From assembly GCF_009914755.1 (NCBI RefSeq), contig NC_060932.1: a stretch of 64,000 nt of DNA, one strand, 5' to 3'. The position numbers were made by a program, and so were the translations under genes. The first letter of the stretch is position 1; the number at the start of each line of letters is the position of its first letter. Of this stretch, positions 1 through 13,749 are shown in pieces. The DNA is from the human T2T-CHM13v2.0 reference genome, Homo sapiens. The notes below the pieces were generated by a model. That model did no database searches. It was not told where the DNA came from and saw only the letters and a list, made by a program, of their open reading frames with translations.

Positions 1-605
1 ATAGATACTTAGGCATTTGGGTTTGCCTCACCTCACCACCCAAGACTTCTGATGAATATAACATGCATAACTTCTCCTGTTAGAGTTTTCTGCATGACAT
101 ACCTTGAGCAAGACACCCATCTTTCAGCAAAAGAAGTGGGCCAGTGGGCTGATCCTCGTGGAGCTCACTATTCTAACCATGTAGCTCACTACCCACATAA
201 AACAAGATTTATCAAATAAATAATTATGGTGCCAGCTAGTGGTTACGACCTTACAAGGTTGGGACGCAGCATAAACTCTGACGAGGGACTGATATGAGAT
301 GCTACTTCTCCCACTGTTATAACACATGGGTCTGGAAATCAAGGGGTTGATATAGATGTGACATCTTCCATTATTATACCTTATTAACCACTTGCAAAAA
401 TTCATTCCTGTTTCCAAAATTCTGTGTTTTGCTGGTTGGAGAATTTAGCACCCAAAGAATTGCTTTCACAAGGGGACATAGCAACCATTGCATTGAATTG
501 GGAGCTGAGACCGATCCCTTGCCATTTGGGGCTTCTTATGCTACTTGACAAATAGAAAGAAAAGGATATCCCACTGCTGCCTGGGTGATTGATCCAGATC
601 AAGTA
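1..605 (+). mobile_element. Degenerate ERVL/MaLR-type internal fragment (integrase end to dUTPase region)
   Basis: catgggtctggaaatcaaggggt..., ttgaattgggagctgagac...gccatttggggcttctt and gctgcctgggtgattgatccaga resemble the HERV-L pol 3'/dUTPase consensus; no intact frame. Confidence 0.65.
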
Positions 606-750
606 TCTGCAATTGTTTTTTTATAAAAGGACAGATAGTGGAATGTTTTGTGGCTCTGTAGGCCATATGTTCTCTGTCACGATGGCTGCTGTTGTGATCT
701 GAAAGCAACCACGATTAATACTTAAATGAACAGGCATGGCCATGTCTTTT
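606..750 (-). mobile_element. MER58A-like hAT-Charlie MITE fragment
   Basis: taaaaggacagatagt...gtaggccatatgttctctgtcac...aaatgaacaggcatggc matches the reverse of the MER58A consensus. Confidence 0.7.
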
Positions 751-1519
751 CCAGATAGGATCAAGGAACAGAATCAGAAAATGAAAGGGTCTCTCCCTCC
801 TTCTGAGTCAGCCTCATTTAATCATATGAGTGTAGGAGTAGACATCCCTTCAAATTATCTGCATTTCTGCATAGGCCAATAAAACAAGAATTCCTATCTC
901 CTCAGATGAATTGGGAAGAAATGTTCTACCATTTATTTACCCATTCTTCATTCATACTTCTCTCCAAAGCTTGAGGAATGTCTGAGCACTGTGCATGTGA
1001 ATGTCAGCTCCATCTGTCCTCTTTCTGTCTTTCAGGGAGTTTCATACCTGTACATTCCTCCAAACACATGCTTTTCTGCTCTGGTCTCTTGTCCGTAGAA
1101 ATTTAGAGAGAGTCTCAGAACTTGCAAGGGCAGGTAGTTGTGAAGGTGAGGAAGTCTGCAATTTTGCAGCTGCTTTTGTCTGCAACTTTGGGTAAACTCA
1201 GCTTCTCCTTTAATATCACTAGTTTGTATGTACCCATTTCTGTTTTATTCCCTGATTTCTCTCTCTTAAACCTCTGCCACATTCCAGGCTAACCAAGAAC
1301 AAACTTAAGACTCCTCAAATGATAGTTATCTATAATACCTAAAGTGTCTTGCCATTCTAAATAATAATTGTTTATATAATTTATAAATCTCAAGATCAGG
1401 AACATCCTTTAGAGCAAGAATGAGAGAAAACAAATTTCCCATGTAATAAGAAGATCAGGAATTCTGGCAGGCCAGAAACCGAATAACAATTGTTTTGGTT
1501 TTTATTCATTGTCCTAGCC

Positions 1520-1730
1520 AATGAGCCTGAGCACTTTAGATGTATTATTTCATTTAATTCTTACAACAACCTTACAAATTAAATATTACATTCTCACTTT
1601 AGATGAAAATTGAGTAACCAGAGATGTTAAGTAATTTAGTATTGTTCACAGAAACTAGTAAGCAGCAAAACCAGAATTTAAACATGGATGTCTTTGACTC
1701 CCAAGCCCATTCTCTTAATCACTGTGCCAT
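1520..1730 (-). mobile_element. MIR SINE
   Basis: catttaattcttacaacaacctt...agatgaaaattgag...gttaagtaatt...tgactcccaagcccattctcttaatcact is an antisense MIR core. Confidence 0.75.
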
Positions 1731-2934
1731 ATTAGTAATTAGCCAGAAGGGAAAGTGTAAATGTAAGCCATGATGTTTTTTGTCTATCTCCTTTCCCAAG
1801 ACAGGAAATACTTCAAAGTAGCAGAAACTATCCAAGAAGATAGTTTGTTTGTGGCCATTCCTAAATGAGGATGGAAGATTCTGGTGATCAAACATCTTCT
1901 GCTTTATAGAAACATAAACCCAGGAATATTTAAATCATTCCTTACCAGGGATACAGTTCCTGGCTTTACACAGTACAGTGATCCATTCATGGCTAGCATA
2001 ACCTATTAATGAACCGACAGGTTAAAAGAACAAGAAATGGGATTTTGGTATGAAGAAACCTGAGGAAGGAGAGCTTTCATGGTTCAACAGTTCAGTTTCA
2101 CATCTTTTACATACTCTCTACAATGTCTGCTTAACTGGCCCCCTGGAAATCCATGATACGTACAGTTTAGCTGATATTCCACAATCTTTTTATATATCTT
2201 TTGCTGGCTTAAGTACCCTCCTCCATAGACACTATACCAACCCTTCACTCTCCTCAGTAATTTCACACCGAACAAATAACTTCACCTACTTTTACTGAGA
2301 ACTGAGCCATGTGATATATTTCTTTATTTATCCTCTTCAAAATATCTCTGTCTGAATATCATATCATTAGAGAATTTGCTTTGTAAATCTAGAATATTTA
2401 CCTTGTAAAATAAAAAGACAAGGGGGTGCACAATAGATAATTACAATGATTTAAGTTACTTTGGTTTGTACAGCTAAAAATTTATGTAACAGTTCAGCCA
2501 TCTGGCTCACACATGGAAGAGAGTAGACTAACAGAATTGGCTGAGAACACAGGAAGAGCCATCTGGTCATCTAGCTAACATTGCCTGAGTGCCTACTCTG
2601 TGCCAGCAGCTGAAATCAAGGTCAAAGATAATAGTTTGTTCATATGAGGCTCAGTACAAGAAAGGCTTTTCCCAATTGTTTGAATTCTCAGACAGTGAAA
2701 TAGGCTACCTTGAAAACATACAAATACTTCATTTGTTAACCAAATACTTAATGGCCACAACAGATATAAAGTTTTACTTTTTTCCAATTGCAGAAGAGAT
2801 TAAAATCATTTAGTTACCTTAAACTCAGTGCTTCTATGGAATGACAATCCTACGTCCTTTTCCCAGTATTTATTTTCTACTCAGCATTTCTTCCACATAT
2901 TTTAAAAAATGTATCTACTCACAGATTTACATTT

Positions 2935-3235
2935 TTGATGATGATGACTCATAAGCAAATGACTCCTAAGTATGACTCCAAGCCAGTCATACTTAGCATA
3001 CCTACTGGTCATTTCCATTTGGACATCCTGCTGCCTGCCCAAAATTATTTACTCAAACTTGTCCTTAACTTAAAACTAAGTATTATTCCTGAAACCTGCA
3101 GTTCTATCAGTAGTACTATTTTATTCTCTCAGTAATTTTGGCACAAAATCTTGTAGCATCCATTGATGCACAATGTCTCTCAAGCATTTAGAATTGGTCA
3201 ATCATCAAATCAGTTGCCTCGAAATTTCTAATGCT
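2935..3235 (+). mobile_element. L2 LINE fragment
   Basis: gatgactc...cctactggtcatttccatttggacatcc...ctcaaacttgtcc is typical of the L2 3' region; highly diverged. Confidence 0.5.
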
Positions 3236-3242
3236 CTCTTAT

Positions 3243-4508
3243 ACAGAGCCCAGAAATAAGGCCACACCCCTATAACCATCTGACCCTTTGACAAAGCTGT
3301 CAAAAATAAGCAGTGGGGAAAGGAGTCCCTATTCAACAAATGGGATAACTGGCTAACCATATGCAGAAGATTGAAACTGGACCTCTCCCTTATGCCATAT
3401 ACAAAAATCAACTCAAGATGGATAAAAGACTTAAACGTAAAACCCCAAACTATAAAAACCCTGGAAAACAATCTAGGCAATATCATTCTGGACATAGGAA
3501 CTGTCAAGGATTTCATACAAAGATTCCAAAAGCAATAGAAACAAAAGCAAAAATTGACAAATGGGATCTAATTAAACTTAAGAGCTTCTGCACAGCAAAA
3601 GAAACTATCAACAGTTAACAGAGAACCTACAGAATGGCAGAAAGTATTTGCAAACTATGCACCTGACAAAGGTCAAATATCCAGCCTCTTAAGGAACTTA
3701 AACAAATTTGTGAGAAAGAACAACCCCCTTAAAAAGTGAGCAAAGAACATGAACAGACGCTTTTCAAGAAAAGACATACAATGCAGCCATCAAGCAAATG
3801 AAAAAAAGCTCAGTATCACTGATCATTAGAGAAATGCAAATCAAAACCATAATAAGATACCATCTCACACCAGTCAGAGTGGCTATTAGTAAAAAGTCAA
3901 ATAATAACAGATGCTGGCAAGGTTCCAGGGGAAAAGAAACACCTATACACTGTTGGTGGGAGTGTAAATAAATTCAACCATTGTGAAAAACAATGTGACA
4001 ATTTCTCAAAGAACTGAAAACAGAAGTACCATTTGGCCCAGCAATCCCATTAGTGGATATTTACCCAAAGGAATATACATTGTTTTGTCATAAGGACACA
4101 TGCACATCTATGTTCATTGCAGAGCTATTCACAATAGCAAAGACATGGAATCAACCTAAATGTTCATCAGTGGTAGACTGAATAAAGAAAAAGTGGCACA
4201 TATACCATGGAATACAATACAGCCATAAAAAGGAATGAGATAATCTCCCTTGTGGGAACATGGATGGAGCTACAGGCCATCATCCTTAGCAACTAACACA
4301 GGAACAGAAAACCAAATACCACATGATCTTACTTATAAGTGGGAGCTTAATGATAAGAACACATGGATACAAAAAGGTAAACAACAAACCCTGGAGCCTA
4401 CTTGAGGGTGGAGGGTGGGAGGAGGTAGAGGATCAGAAAAATAACTATTGGGTACTAGGGTTAGTACCTGGTTGATGAAATAATCTGTACAACAAACCCC
4501 CGTGACAC
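3243..4508 (+). mobile_element. Truncated old primate L1 3' end (L1PA15/16-like)
   Basis: ORF2 C-terminal peptides ([23 protein letters not shown]); 3'UTR aataactattgggtactagg...aatctgtacaacaaacccccgtgacac; no poly(A) tail retained. Confidence 0.85.
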
Positions 4509-4559
4509 AGAATGTTGCATTTAGTAAATTTGTTCAATAAAGAAACCCTAATCTTTTGC

Positions 4560-7500
4560 TCTGTGAAGGCATTGCTAAAAGAATGAAAAGACAAGCCACA
4601 GATGGGGACAGAAGAGTGGCAAATGACATATCTTATTAAGCAATTGTGTCCAGACTACATAAAGAACTATTACAACTAATAGAAAACAAACAATCCAGTT
4701 TTTTAAATAGGCAAAATATTTGAACAGACACTTCACCAAAGGTGACATAATAGCAAATAAGAGATGAAAATATGCTAACAGCACACAAATTAAAACATGA
4801 TCATATATCACTACATATATATTAGAATGTCTAAAATTAAAAGGACTGACTGTATCACATGTTAGTGAGGATGTGAATAAACTGGAACTCATATCTTTCT
4901 GACATGGATGTAAAATGGTACCATCACTTTGGAAAATAGCTTGTAAGTTTGTAAAAATCCTTAACATACATCTACCATGCAACTTAATCCTTCCACTCCT
5001 AGGAATCTCCCCAAGAGAAAGGAAAGCATATGTCCTCACAAAGACTTATACACACATGTTCATAGCAGCTTTTTAAAAAAGCCCAATACTGGAAATGACC
5101 CAAATGCCCCTAAACTGGTGAATAGATAAACAAATTGTGGTATATTCAAATATGGAATACTATACAGCAATAAAAAGTAATGAAGTAATTATACATATGA
5201 CAACATAGATAAGTATTTTTTAAAAATTTTGTGGGTTTTTTTTTTCTAAAAAACGGATACATGTGCGAAACGTTCAGGTTTGTTACATAGGTGTGCATGT
5301 GCCATGGTGGTTTGCTGCACCTATTGACCTGTCCACTAAGTTCCCTCCACTCACCCTCCACCCCCCAATATGCCCTGGTGCATGTTGTTCCCCTCCCTGT
5401 GTCCATGTGTTCTCATTGTTCAACTCCCACTTAGGAGTGAGAACATGTGGTGTTTGTTTTTCTGTTCCTGTGTCAGTTTGCTGAGGATGATGGCTTCCAG
5501 GTTCATCCATGTCCCTGCAAAGGACATGATCTCATTCCTTTTTGTGGCTGCATAGTATTCCATGATGTATATGTACCACGTTTTATTTATCCTGTTTACC
5601 ATTGATGGGCATTTGGGTTGGTCCCATGTCTTTGCTATTGTAAATAGTGCTGCGATAAACATACATGTGTATGTATATAGTAGAATGATTTCTGTTACTT
5701 TGGGTATATACCCAGTAATAGGATTTCTGGGTCAAATGGCATTTTTGGTTCTAGATCCTGGAGGAATCGCCATACTGTCTTCCACAATGGTTAAACTAAT
5801 TTACATTCCCATCAACAGTGTAAAAGCGTTCCAATTACTCCACAGCCTCACCAGCATCTATTTTTTCCTGACTTTTTATAATTGCCATTCTGACTGGCAT
5901 GAGATGGTATCACGTTGTGATTTTGATTTGCATTTCTCTGATGATCAGTGATGTTGAGCTTTTTTTCACATGTTTATTGGCCACGTAAATGTTTTCTTTT
6001 GGGAAATATCTGTTCATATTCTTTGCCCACTTTTTGATGGGGTTGACCTTTTCTTGCAAATATGTTTAAGTTTCTTGTAGATTCTGGATATTAGCCCTTT
6101 GTCAGATGGGTAAATTGCAAAAATTGTTTCCCATTATGTATGTTTCCTGTTCACTCTGATAGTTTCTTTTGCTGTGCCGAAGCTCTTTAGTTTAATTAGA
6201 TCCCATTTGTCAGTTTTGTCTTTTGTTGCAATTGCTTTTGGCGTTTTTGTCATGAAGTGTTTGTCCATCCCTGTGTCCTGAATGATGTTGCCTAGGTTTT
6301 CTTCTAGGGGTTTTATGGTTTTGGGTTTTACATTAAAGCCTTTAATCCATCTTGAGTTAATTTTTATATAAGGTGCAAGGAAGAGGTCCAGTTTCAATTT
6401 CTTCATATGGCTAGCCAGTGTTTCCAGGACCATTTACTGAATAGGAGATCCTTCCCCCATTGCTTGTTTTTGTCAGGTTTGTCAAAGACCAGATGGTTGT
6501 AGATATGTAGTACTATTTCTGAGGTCTCTGTTCTGCTCCATTATTCCACATGTCTGTCTTGGTACCAGTACCATGCTGTTTTGGTTACTGTAGCCTTATA
6601 GTATAGTTTGAAGTCAGGTAGCATGATGCCTCCAGCTTTGTTCTTTTTGCTTAGGATTGTCTTGGCTATACAGGGTCTTCTTTGGTTCCATATGAAATTT
6701 AAGATAGATTTTTCTAATTCTGTGAGGAATGTCAGTGGTCATTTGATAAGAATAGCATTGAATCTATAAATTACTTTGGGCAGTATGGCCATTTTCATGA
6801 TATTAGTTCTTCCTATCTGTGAGGATGGAATGTTTTTCCATTTATTTGTTTCCTCTCTTATTTCCCTGAGCCGTGGTTTTTAGCTCTCTTTGAAAAGGTC
6901 CCTCACATTCCTTGTTAGCTGTATTCCTAGGTATTTTATTCTCATTGTAGTGATCATGAATGGGAGTTTATTCATGATTTGGCTCTCTGCTTGTCTATTG
7001 TTGGTGTAAAGGAATGCTTGTGATTTTTGCACTGATTTTGTATCCTGAGACTTTGCTGAAGTTGATTATCAGTTCAAAAGTTTTGAGGCTGAGATGATGG
7101 GGTTTTCTAATATAAAATCATTTAGATTTTCTATTTGTCATCTGCAAACAGAGACAACTTGACTTCCTCTCTTCCTATTTGAATACCTTTTCTTTCTATT
7201 GCCTGATTGCCCAAGCCAGAACTTCCAGTACTATGTTGAATATGAGTTGTGAGAGAGGGCATCCTTGTTTTGTACCAGTTTTCAGAGGGAATGCTTCCAG
7301 CTTTGTCCATTCAATATGATATTGACTGTAGGTTTGTCATAAATAGTTCTTATTATTTTGAGACATGTTACATTAATACCTGGTTTATTGAGAGTTTTTA
7401 ACATGAAGGGATGTTGAATTTTATCAAAGGCCTTTTCTGCATCTATTGAGATAATCATGAATCATGTGGTTTGTGTCATTGGTTCTGTTTATGTGATGAA

Positions 7501-7945
7501 TTATGTTTATTGATTCACTTATGTTGAACCAACCTTACATCCCAGGGATGAAGCCGACTTGATTGTGGTGGATAAGATTTTTGATCTGCTGCTGGATTCT
7601 GTTTGCTAGTATTTTATTGTCTATTGATAAGTCTTAATTATGCTGAGTGAAGGAAGACAGATATAAAGAGTATATACCATATCTTTCCATTTATATAAAA
7701 TTCTAGAAAATGGAAACTAATTTGTAGTGTCAGAAAGCAGATGAGTGTTTGCCTAAGGACAGATAGGGTTACAAGGAAAGTTTAAAAGGGGCTACAAGGA
7801 AATTTTTGGAGGTGATGGATATGTTCAATATCTTGATTGTAGTAATGATTTTATGTGTGTTTACATATGTTAAACTTTATCAAAGTACATTTTAAATATG
7901 TGCAGTTCTTTGTATGTCAACTATACCTCAATATAGCCATAGAAA
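4560..7945 (+). mobile_element. Ancient L1M (L1MB/ME-like) 3' end, split into 4560-5217 and 7626-7945 by a younger L1
   Basis: aaaagaatgaaaagacaagccacaga...aaacaaattgtggtatattc...acaacatagat resumes as attatgctgagtgaaggaagacaga...tgatggatatgttcaatatcttgattgt...ctcaata. Confidence 0.75.
5218..7619 (-). mobile_element. 5'-truncated L1PA8-like element (~2.4 kb)
   Basis: 3' end aaaaaacggatacatgtgc...gctgcacctattgacc..taagttccctcc; decayed ORF2; probable TSD gataagt(a/c)tt at 5208 and 7626. Confidence 0.88.
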
Positions 7946-8104
7946 AAGTAAGCAAGAGAAAGGAAGGCAGGAAGAGGAAAAAACCCCTACTGTTCACTGT
8001 ATTTGAATACACCAATCATGTGAATTAATAGTCTTAGAGGAAGTCTTGTATGTTTTAAATTAAAAATCTGGTTAAGGGTTATTGCCACATATGTAAGATG
8101 GACT

Positions 8105-8420
8105 TAATTATTCATTAATTTATTTAACATATATTTATTTGGGACTTATCATCTAGGCACTATTACATGTCCTACGAATGTATCTGTGAACAATGCAGGT
8201 GAAGTTCTCATCCTTTACAGAGATGAGGAAGTCAACAACTGTCCGTAGATTACATTTTATGGAGAGAGGGGAAGACATGCTTACCACAGAGATAAATTGA
8301 TTCTATGTGATTTTCAGGAAGAGTAAAGCAGAAAAATGAGATAGACAGGAATATTGGGGGAAGGGTTGCTATTTTAGATTGGATGGTCAGGGAAGACCTG
8401 GCAGGTGATATTTTAGCAGA
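8105..8420 (-). mobile_element. L2 3' end
   Basis: ttcattaatttatttaacatatattta...ggcactatt...tgctattttagattggatggtcagggaagacct. Confidence 0.65.
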
Positions 8421-8899
8421 AACACCTTTTTATAATGTTAATGCTTTTATTTCATATGTTTTAATAATTTTATCTTTTTAAGATTTTGGATAACAAGTAA
8501 TGATCTGAATAGTAGCTGGTAATTCTTGGACCTTATGTGACTCACCTCCTCGATCTTAAGAAAGAATTTGAGGGGTTCGTTGGTGGTTGGGGTGAGCTAT
8601 GAAGAGTTAAGCAAAATATATATAAATTAAAGGCCTGTGAGATTTTTAAAAGCCAAACACCCATTAGAAAACCAGTTTAAAATTAGAATCATCTCCCGTA
8701 ATTACCACTTTGAAGGGAATTACCTTAACCCCTGTAATAGAACATGTAGCTCCCTTTCATTTTGCAGCTGAGCCCAAGTATTCTGTTTTTGATATACCTT
8801 TTCTTGTCTGTGCTGATTTTTACATGTTGAAATCAATACAGTCATAGCAATGAATGATGAGGTCATCTCTATATTATCATATTGCCCCATTTATGTTAT

Positions 8900-9050
8900 T
8901 ATCTGTTCATTCACTCACCCAGTGTGTATTAAGCACCCATTATGTGCTGAATACTGACCACAGCATGAGGCTAGGACAATGAATCATACATAGACTTTGA
9001 ATACTTGAATAGCTTATTGTCCACTAGTCATAGACAACCACGAAAATGAA
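8900..9050 (-). mobile_element. L2 3' end fragment
   Basis: ttcattcactcacc...tattaagcacccattatgtgc...acaatgaatca. Confidence 0.5.
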
Positions 9051-9259
9051 TGAGAAAGGAAATTGCAAGAGGCAGTAACTTACGATGTAAAGCAGAAGAA
9101 GGAAAGCTTGTCAGGACCTCTATTATGGGGTGTCCTCCATAATTTTTTCTGGGAGCTGGAGCTTTTTCTCCTCTCTTTGGAATCCTGGGTCTAGTTCTTT
9201 GGAACCAATTAGACTTGGCCAAATCCCTCTTGTATCTTATACTTCAAAGTCTTAGAAAA

Positions 9260-9476
9260 AATTATGAAATATTTTAGATACAAAAAGTGTAAATAATAAA
9301 ACAATAAACCCAGCTTCAGAAATGAAGCATTATCAACAACAGTTGACATATGCTGTGTATCTGATGCTTGCATCTCCCACCTAGCCATATCCGTTTCCCA
9401 AAGAAGTAAATTCCATCTTGATTTTGGCTTCTATCAATCCCATGCATTTCTTTCTAATTTATGTATATATATATGT

Positions 9477-9508
<32 letters not shown>

Positions 9509-10110
9509 AATACATACTACATATGCATACAATGTTGCTTTTTGTTTTTAAACTTTACGTAAATGATGTCATACTTTAGGTTTCTGGAAACCAGATTTTC
9601 CTACAAGTATATAAGATTCTTCCTTGTTGATACGTATAAAGTAAGTTTGGTCACTTCTCTTTTCATGTTCTTCCATCATGTGAGCATTCCATGACTTATT
9701 TCTGCTGTGGTTGTTAGACTTTTAACAATGACGCTTCAACACCACCACTGTAAACATTCCTATACAGAGTGTCACATGTACATGTGTGAGGGGCTCTCAG
9801 GAGTATACTTGGAAATGGAATTATTGCATCATCAAATATGCAAAACTTCCATTTTATAGATGTCACCAAATAGTTCCCCAAAAACTTTATAGCAATGTAA
9901 ATTTCCACCAGCAGCATATAAATTCCTATCTTCCACATTCTCACTAATTCCTGGCATAATCATATATAAAAGTGCTTTCACATGAAAGGGTGTGAAATGG
10001 TACTTCAATATCGTTTCAATTTATGTTTTCCTTATTACCAGTGGAGTTTAGCATCTTTTCACATGTTTAGTGGTCACTTGGGTTTCCTCTTGTATGAATA
10101 ATTTTTGCTC
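9260..10110 (-). mobile_element. Ancient L1ME-like fragment with a (CA)n tract at ~9484-9507
   Basis: tatacttggaaatggaattattgcatc, ttccaccagcagcatat, gtgtgaaatggtacttca and gcatcttttcacatgttta are antisense old L1 3' motifs. Confidence 0.65.
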
Positions 10111-10769
10111 ATTTCCTCAAAGCATTTTCACATCAGAATAACTCGCTTTTTTATCTTCTCCAATTTCAAATGTATTAAAGTTTTGATAGGATATACTTGA
10201 GCTTTTTTGAAATCTTAAATAAAACTTTTCTTACTGCCCTTGTTCCCAAACACCTTGTTTTCCTCTTTGTCATTAATTTTTCTTCAAATTTGAAAACTGA
10301 GAGCAATTCATAGAGTAGTTTTTCTTTAATTATGGCTGTGCATTGAGGAAGAGTATATAATAGGAAGAGTAAAATTTAGGGTCTTGTGGAAGTTTTTGAA
10401 GAGAGAGATCAGAACCAATCGAGAGGCTTTTGTTTCCCTTGAGCAGAGAAAAAAATATAGTTGATGCTGGGAGGTTGCAGAGAAAATTGAGAATGGATGT
10501 TTTCAGTCATAGAATGTCTCAGGCTAGGGCTGTTCTTCCATACAGCTGTCTCAGGAGCCATGGTCTTATGAGGTGAACCTGTCTGTCATCATACGGGGTC
10601 CTGAACACAAGCTTTACAGAGATGAGGGAGTCAGGACCTTCCCACTAGAAATGTCTTACGAAGCCTGGTCAGTCATGTGTAATGCTGGACATTGCTTTAA
10701 GGTTCTCTGACATTATAATACACAATATACTGTATTGTAAAAGTATTTATTCCTTTATTTATATTTATT

Positions 10770-10885
10770 AAATGTTTGCTATGTAGAAATTACTTTATAC
10801 TTTAACTCACTGCATTTCTCAACACTCCTGACAGGTTATTAAGCCAATTTCACAGATGAGAAACCTGAGGTTCATTGTGGGAATA
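10770..10885 (-). mobile_element. MIR fragment
   Basis: attttcacagatgagaaacctgagg MIR core. Confidence 0.55.
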
Positions 10886-11660
10886 ACTTATAGCCGTAGT
10901 CCCCCATGCCATCATCCTCAGCCATTCTCCTGTGGATATTGGTAGGGAGAAAAAGTCACTTTTAAATAGCAACCCTCTGTGTTTATCACAGAAACAGTAA
11001 AGCTCAAGATTTAGGTAAATTGTGAGCTAGCACTTTTCATTTCCTCAAGAAACAAACAAAGAAAAAAAGCTAGGTCTGGAATCCTAGCTTTTCATGTGTT
11101 AGCCAAAGTAATTGTCTCTAGGATTTTCTTCCAGAGCTTCCTAAAATATTCTCAGCTCTTCCAAGGTCTCCACTCTCAGAGGCCATGAGTAGTCTCATGT
11201 AACCTCAAATGGCCTAACTCCCAGTGCTTGAAGGTAAATTGCCCCTGCCCCTTGAAGAAGTTTCTCACATGAAAAACTCAATGTCTTTTATAAAGAAATT
11301 AAGCATTTGTTTTAAAAGGTGATACGTTCCCCCTGAAACTCTTTGTGCTTTCAGCAAAATTAGTCCAAGCCAACTTTTTTTATTCCAGTCAAGGGTTTTA
11401 CTCAACCTTAAAACTGCTATGGCCACTAATCCACAGAAGCTGTTTACTCCTTTGAAGTTTCCTTTTGCTCAGACTTGACACAATTTTCGCCAAGTTTGTC
11501 TTCAGGAGACCTTTGGAGATTGTTCTCTCACCAGGTTATGTCCTGTTTGTGTAGTGGTTGAGCCTGAGGCTTAAATTCCATGGGGAGGACTGAGTTGCTC
11601 AAGTCCAAGGAAGAGTGGATAAGTACTTCCAGCACAGGGAAAGGTTTGTGAGAGGGTTGT

Positions 11661-11720
11661 ATATGTGTGCGTGCGGAAGTGCGTGTGTGTGCGCGCGTGT
11701 GTGTGTGTGTGTGTGTGTGT
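11661..11720. repeat. (TG)n/(CG)n alternating purine-pyrimidine microsatellite
   Basis: gtgcgtgtgtgtgcgcgcgtgtgtgtgtgtgtgtgtgtgtgt seen directly. Confidence 0.95.
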
Positions 11721-12714
11721 TTGATTTGGTTTGGTTTTGCTGAAATGAGCCCATGAGATGCATATTGAAAAAGTTAAATTGTATTTAGTGTGTTCTAAAC
11801 ATTTATATTTATCAGATCTAAAAACAACTTTGTTTCAAAATAGTCACAACTATACAATGGTTATTCTCTCTATATCATTATTTTCCAATGTAATTATTAG
11901 CTAACTTGAGATAATGATGAAATGATCTTAGTAAATGTTCTAATAAAAAAAAATCGTGTCTGCCAAATTGACTGTGAGCGGCAATGAAAAAGTAGCACAT
12001 GAAAGTGGTTAAGTGTATTACCCAAAGTTCCCATTACTGTATTCAGCCATCTCGCCTTACGATGCACTAATATTTCTCTTAAATAGGGTCATGGACCATT
12101 AATTTCCTGGCCTTGAAATCTCTTATTATTAAAAGTGTTACTTAGCAACTTTTAGACATTGAAGTTAATCCAAATAAGAAAAGCCAAAAGGTCTGTTGGT
12201 CTGTTCACTCTTATTGTAAAAAACGATTGATGTCCTGTGCTGGAATATTTTTCATTTGCTTTCTTAGAATTATATTGTCTTGTGTGGGTTAGGGGAAAAA
12301 AAGTACAATGTGAATTTCCTTGGCTCCCATAGATCAGGGAACAAAATTACAAACATTTGGTGTTCATCCCCTATGTCCACTTCACTATTCTTCATATATG
12401 AAAATGACTCTCTTCTCTCCTCCAAATGTTGGATTCAGTCTCTGAAACAATACTTGCTACCTATTACCTGGCTAGAGGGTGCAGTAGGCCCAAATAACTC
12501 TATTTCATTTTTTTGCAATTAAGTTAATTTTTTAAATTCATTGTCTGCATTTTTTTGCTAAAAGAAGTCAGATTTATCTTGATCATGCAAATTGGCAGAG
12601 CTGCTAGAACTGTCAAGATGGAAGTACCACTTCCACTGTGTTCCTATTATAATTTAATACACATTTCTATTAAGGCATTTACCATCTTGTACTGACTTAC
12701 ATTAGGCTTACGTT

Positions 12715-12892
12715 CAGGACTGGCTTCCTGGGTTGGTGACTTTTGCATTTGCACAGAACCTATGCTTCACAGGGCTCCAGTCTTGGTTTTATTGCATGCT
12801 ATGGCTGTCTTGAATTTCCTAATTTTTCAAGAAGGAGCTCGCTATGCATTTTTACTTTGTACTGAGCTCCACAAATCATATAGTTGGTCCTG
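12715..12892 (+). mobile_element. MER91A-like hAT-Tip100 MITE inserted in an L2 tail
   Basis: Terminal inverted repeats caggac...gtcctg; internal gctgtcttgaatttcctaattttt...ccacaaatcatatag matches MER91. Confidence 0.75.
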
Positions 12893-13749
12893 TTTACATG
12901 TTTATCTTCTCTACTGGAGATGAGTTATTTGAGGGAAGGAATTCTATTCCAGGTCCAGTTTGGTGCATGGAGTGATTAAGCTACATGGCCATTTAACAGA
13001 AAAACATTGGAATCAGTTTAAGTATGTAAGAAATGAATGATTTATTTTAAAACAATATCTACATGTTAACATTGGTAAATGTCTGATACAATATGTTTTT
13101 AAAATAATTATAAATCGTATCTAAATCAGTATGAGCTCAATCTTATTTTTAATGCATGAAATGAATTAAAAAATAAACACATCAAAACATTAAAAGTAAT
13201 GACCTTTTGGAAGAAGAGAGTATAGATACATTTTTTAGCATTTCTGTATTTTAAAATAATAAAGTGTCAAAATATTAGTTTTTGATAATTTTAAGAACAC
13301 TTTCACCTTTAATAAATATATTAACCTCAGATTGCATGCATGTATATCAAAGATTGCATTTAATCTATAAAAACTCTTGAGTTGTATTTGAAATTTCCAA
13401 GAAGAGATGTAATGATACATGAATCTTCAAAAGCAATGATGTTGAACATGATATGTGCTTCCTATACTACAGCAGTCTTTCAAAAAATGTAGCTCAGGAA
13501 TCCATATTGTGAGCAAACAATATTGATTCAGCTCTGCAAATCACATTGCACCACCTTGGGGTGCAGTAAAACAACAAATCTTCCCTAGAAGGAGGGCGTG
13601 AGAGTGGCAAATCCTGCAGAAGTACATTTGTAAGACTGTGACTACTGAATTGATAAAATACAATAGAAATGGTAGCAGAATGTTTTGTTCATAGCTCTAT
13701 TTTAGCATTTTGTATTCCAAGTGCCCAAGTGTGCCTTTGCAGCTCTGTT

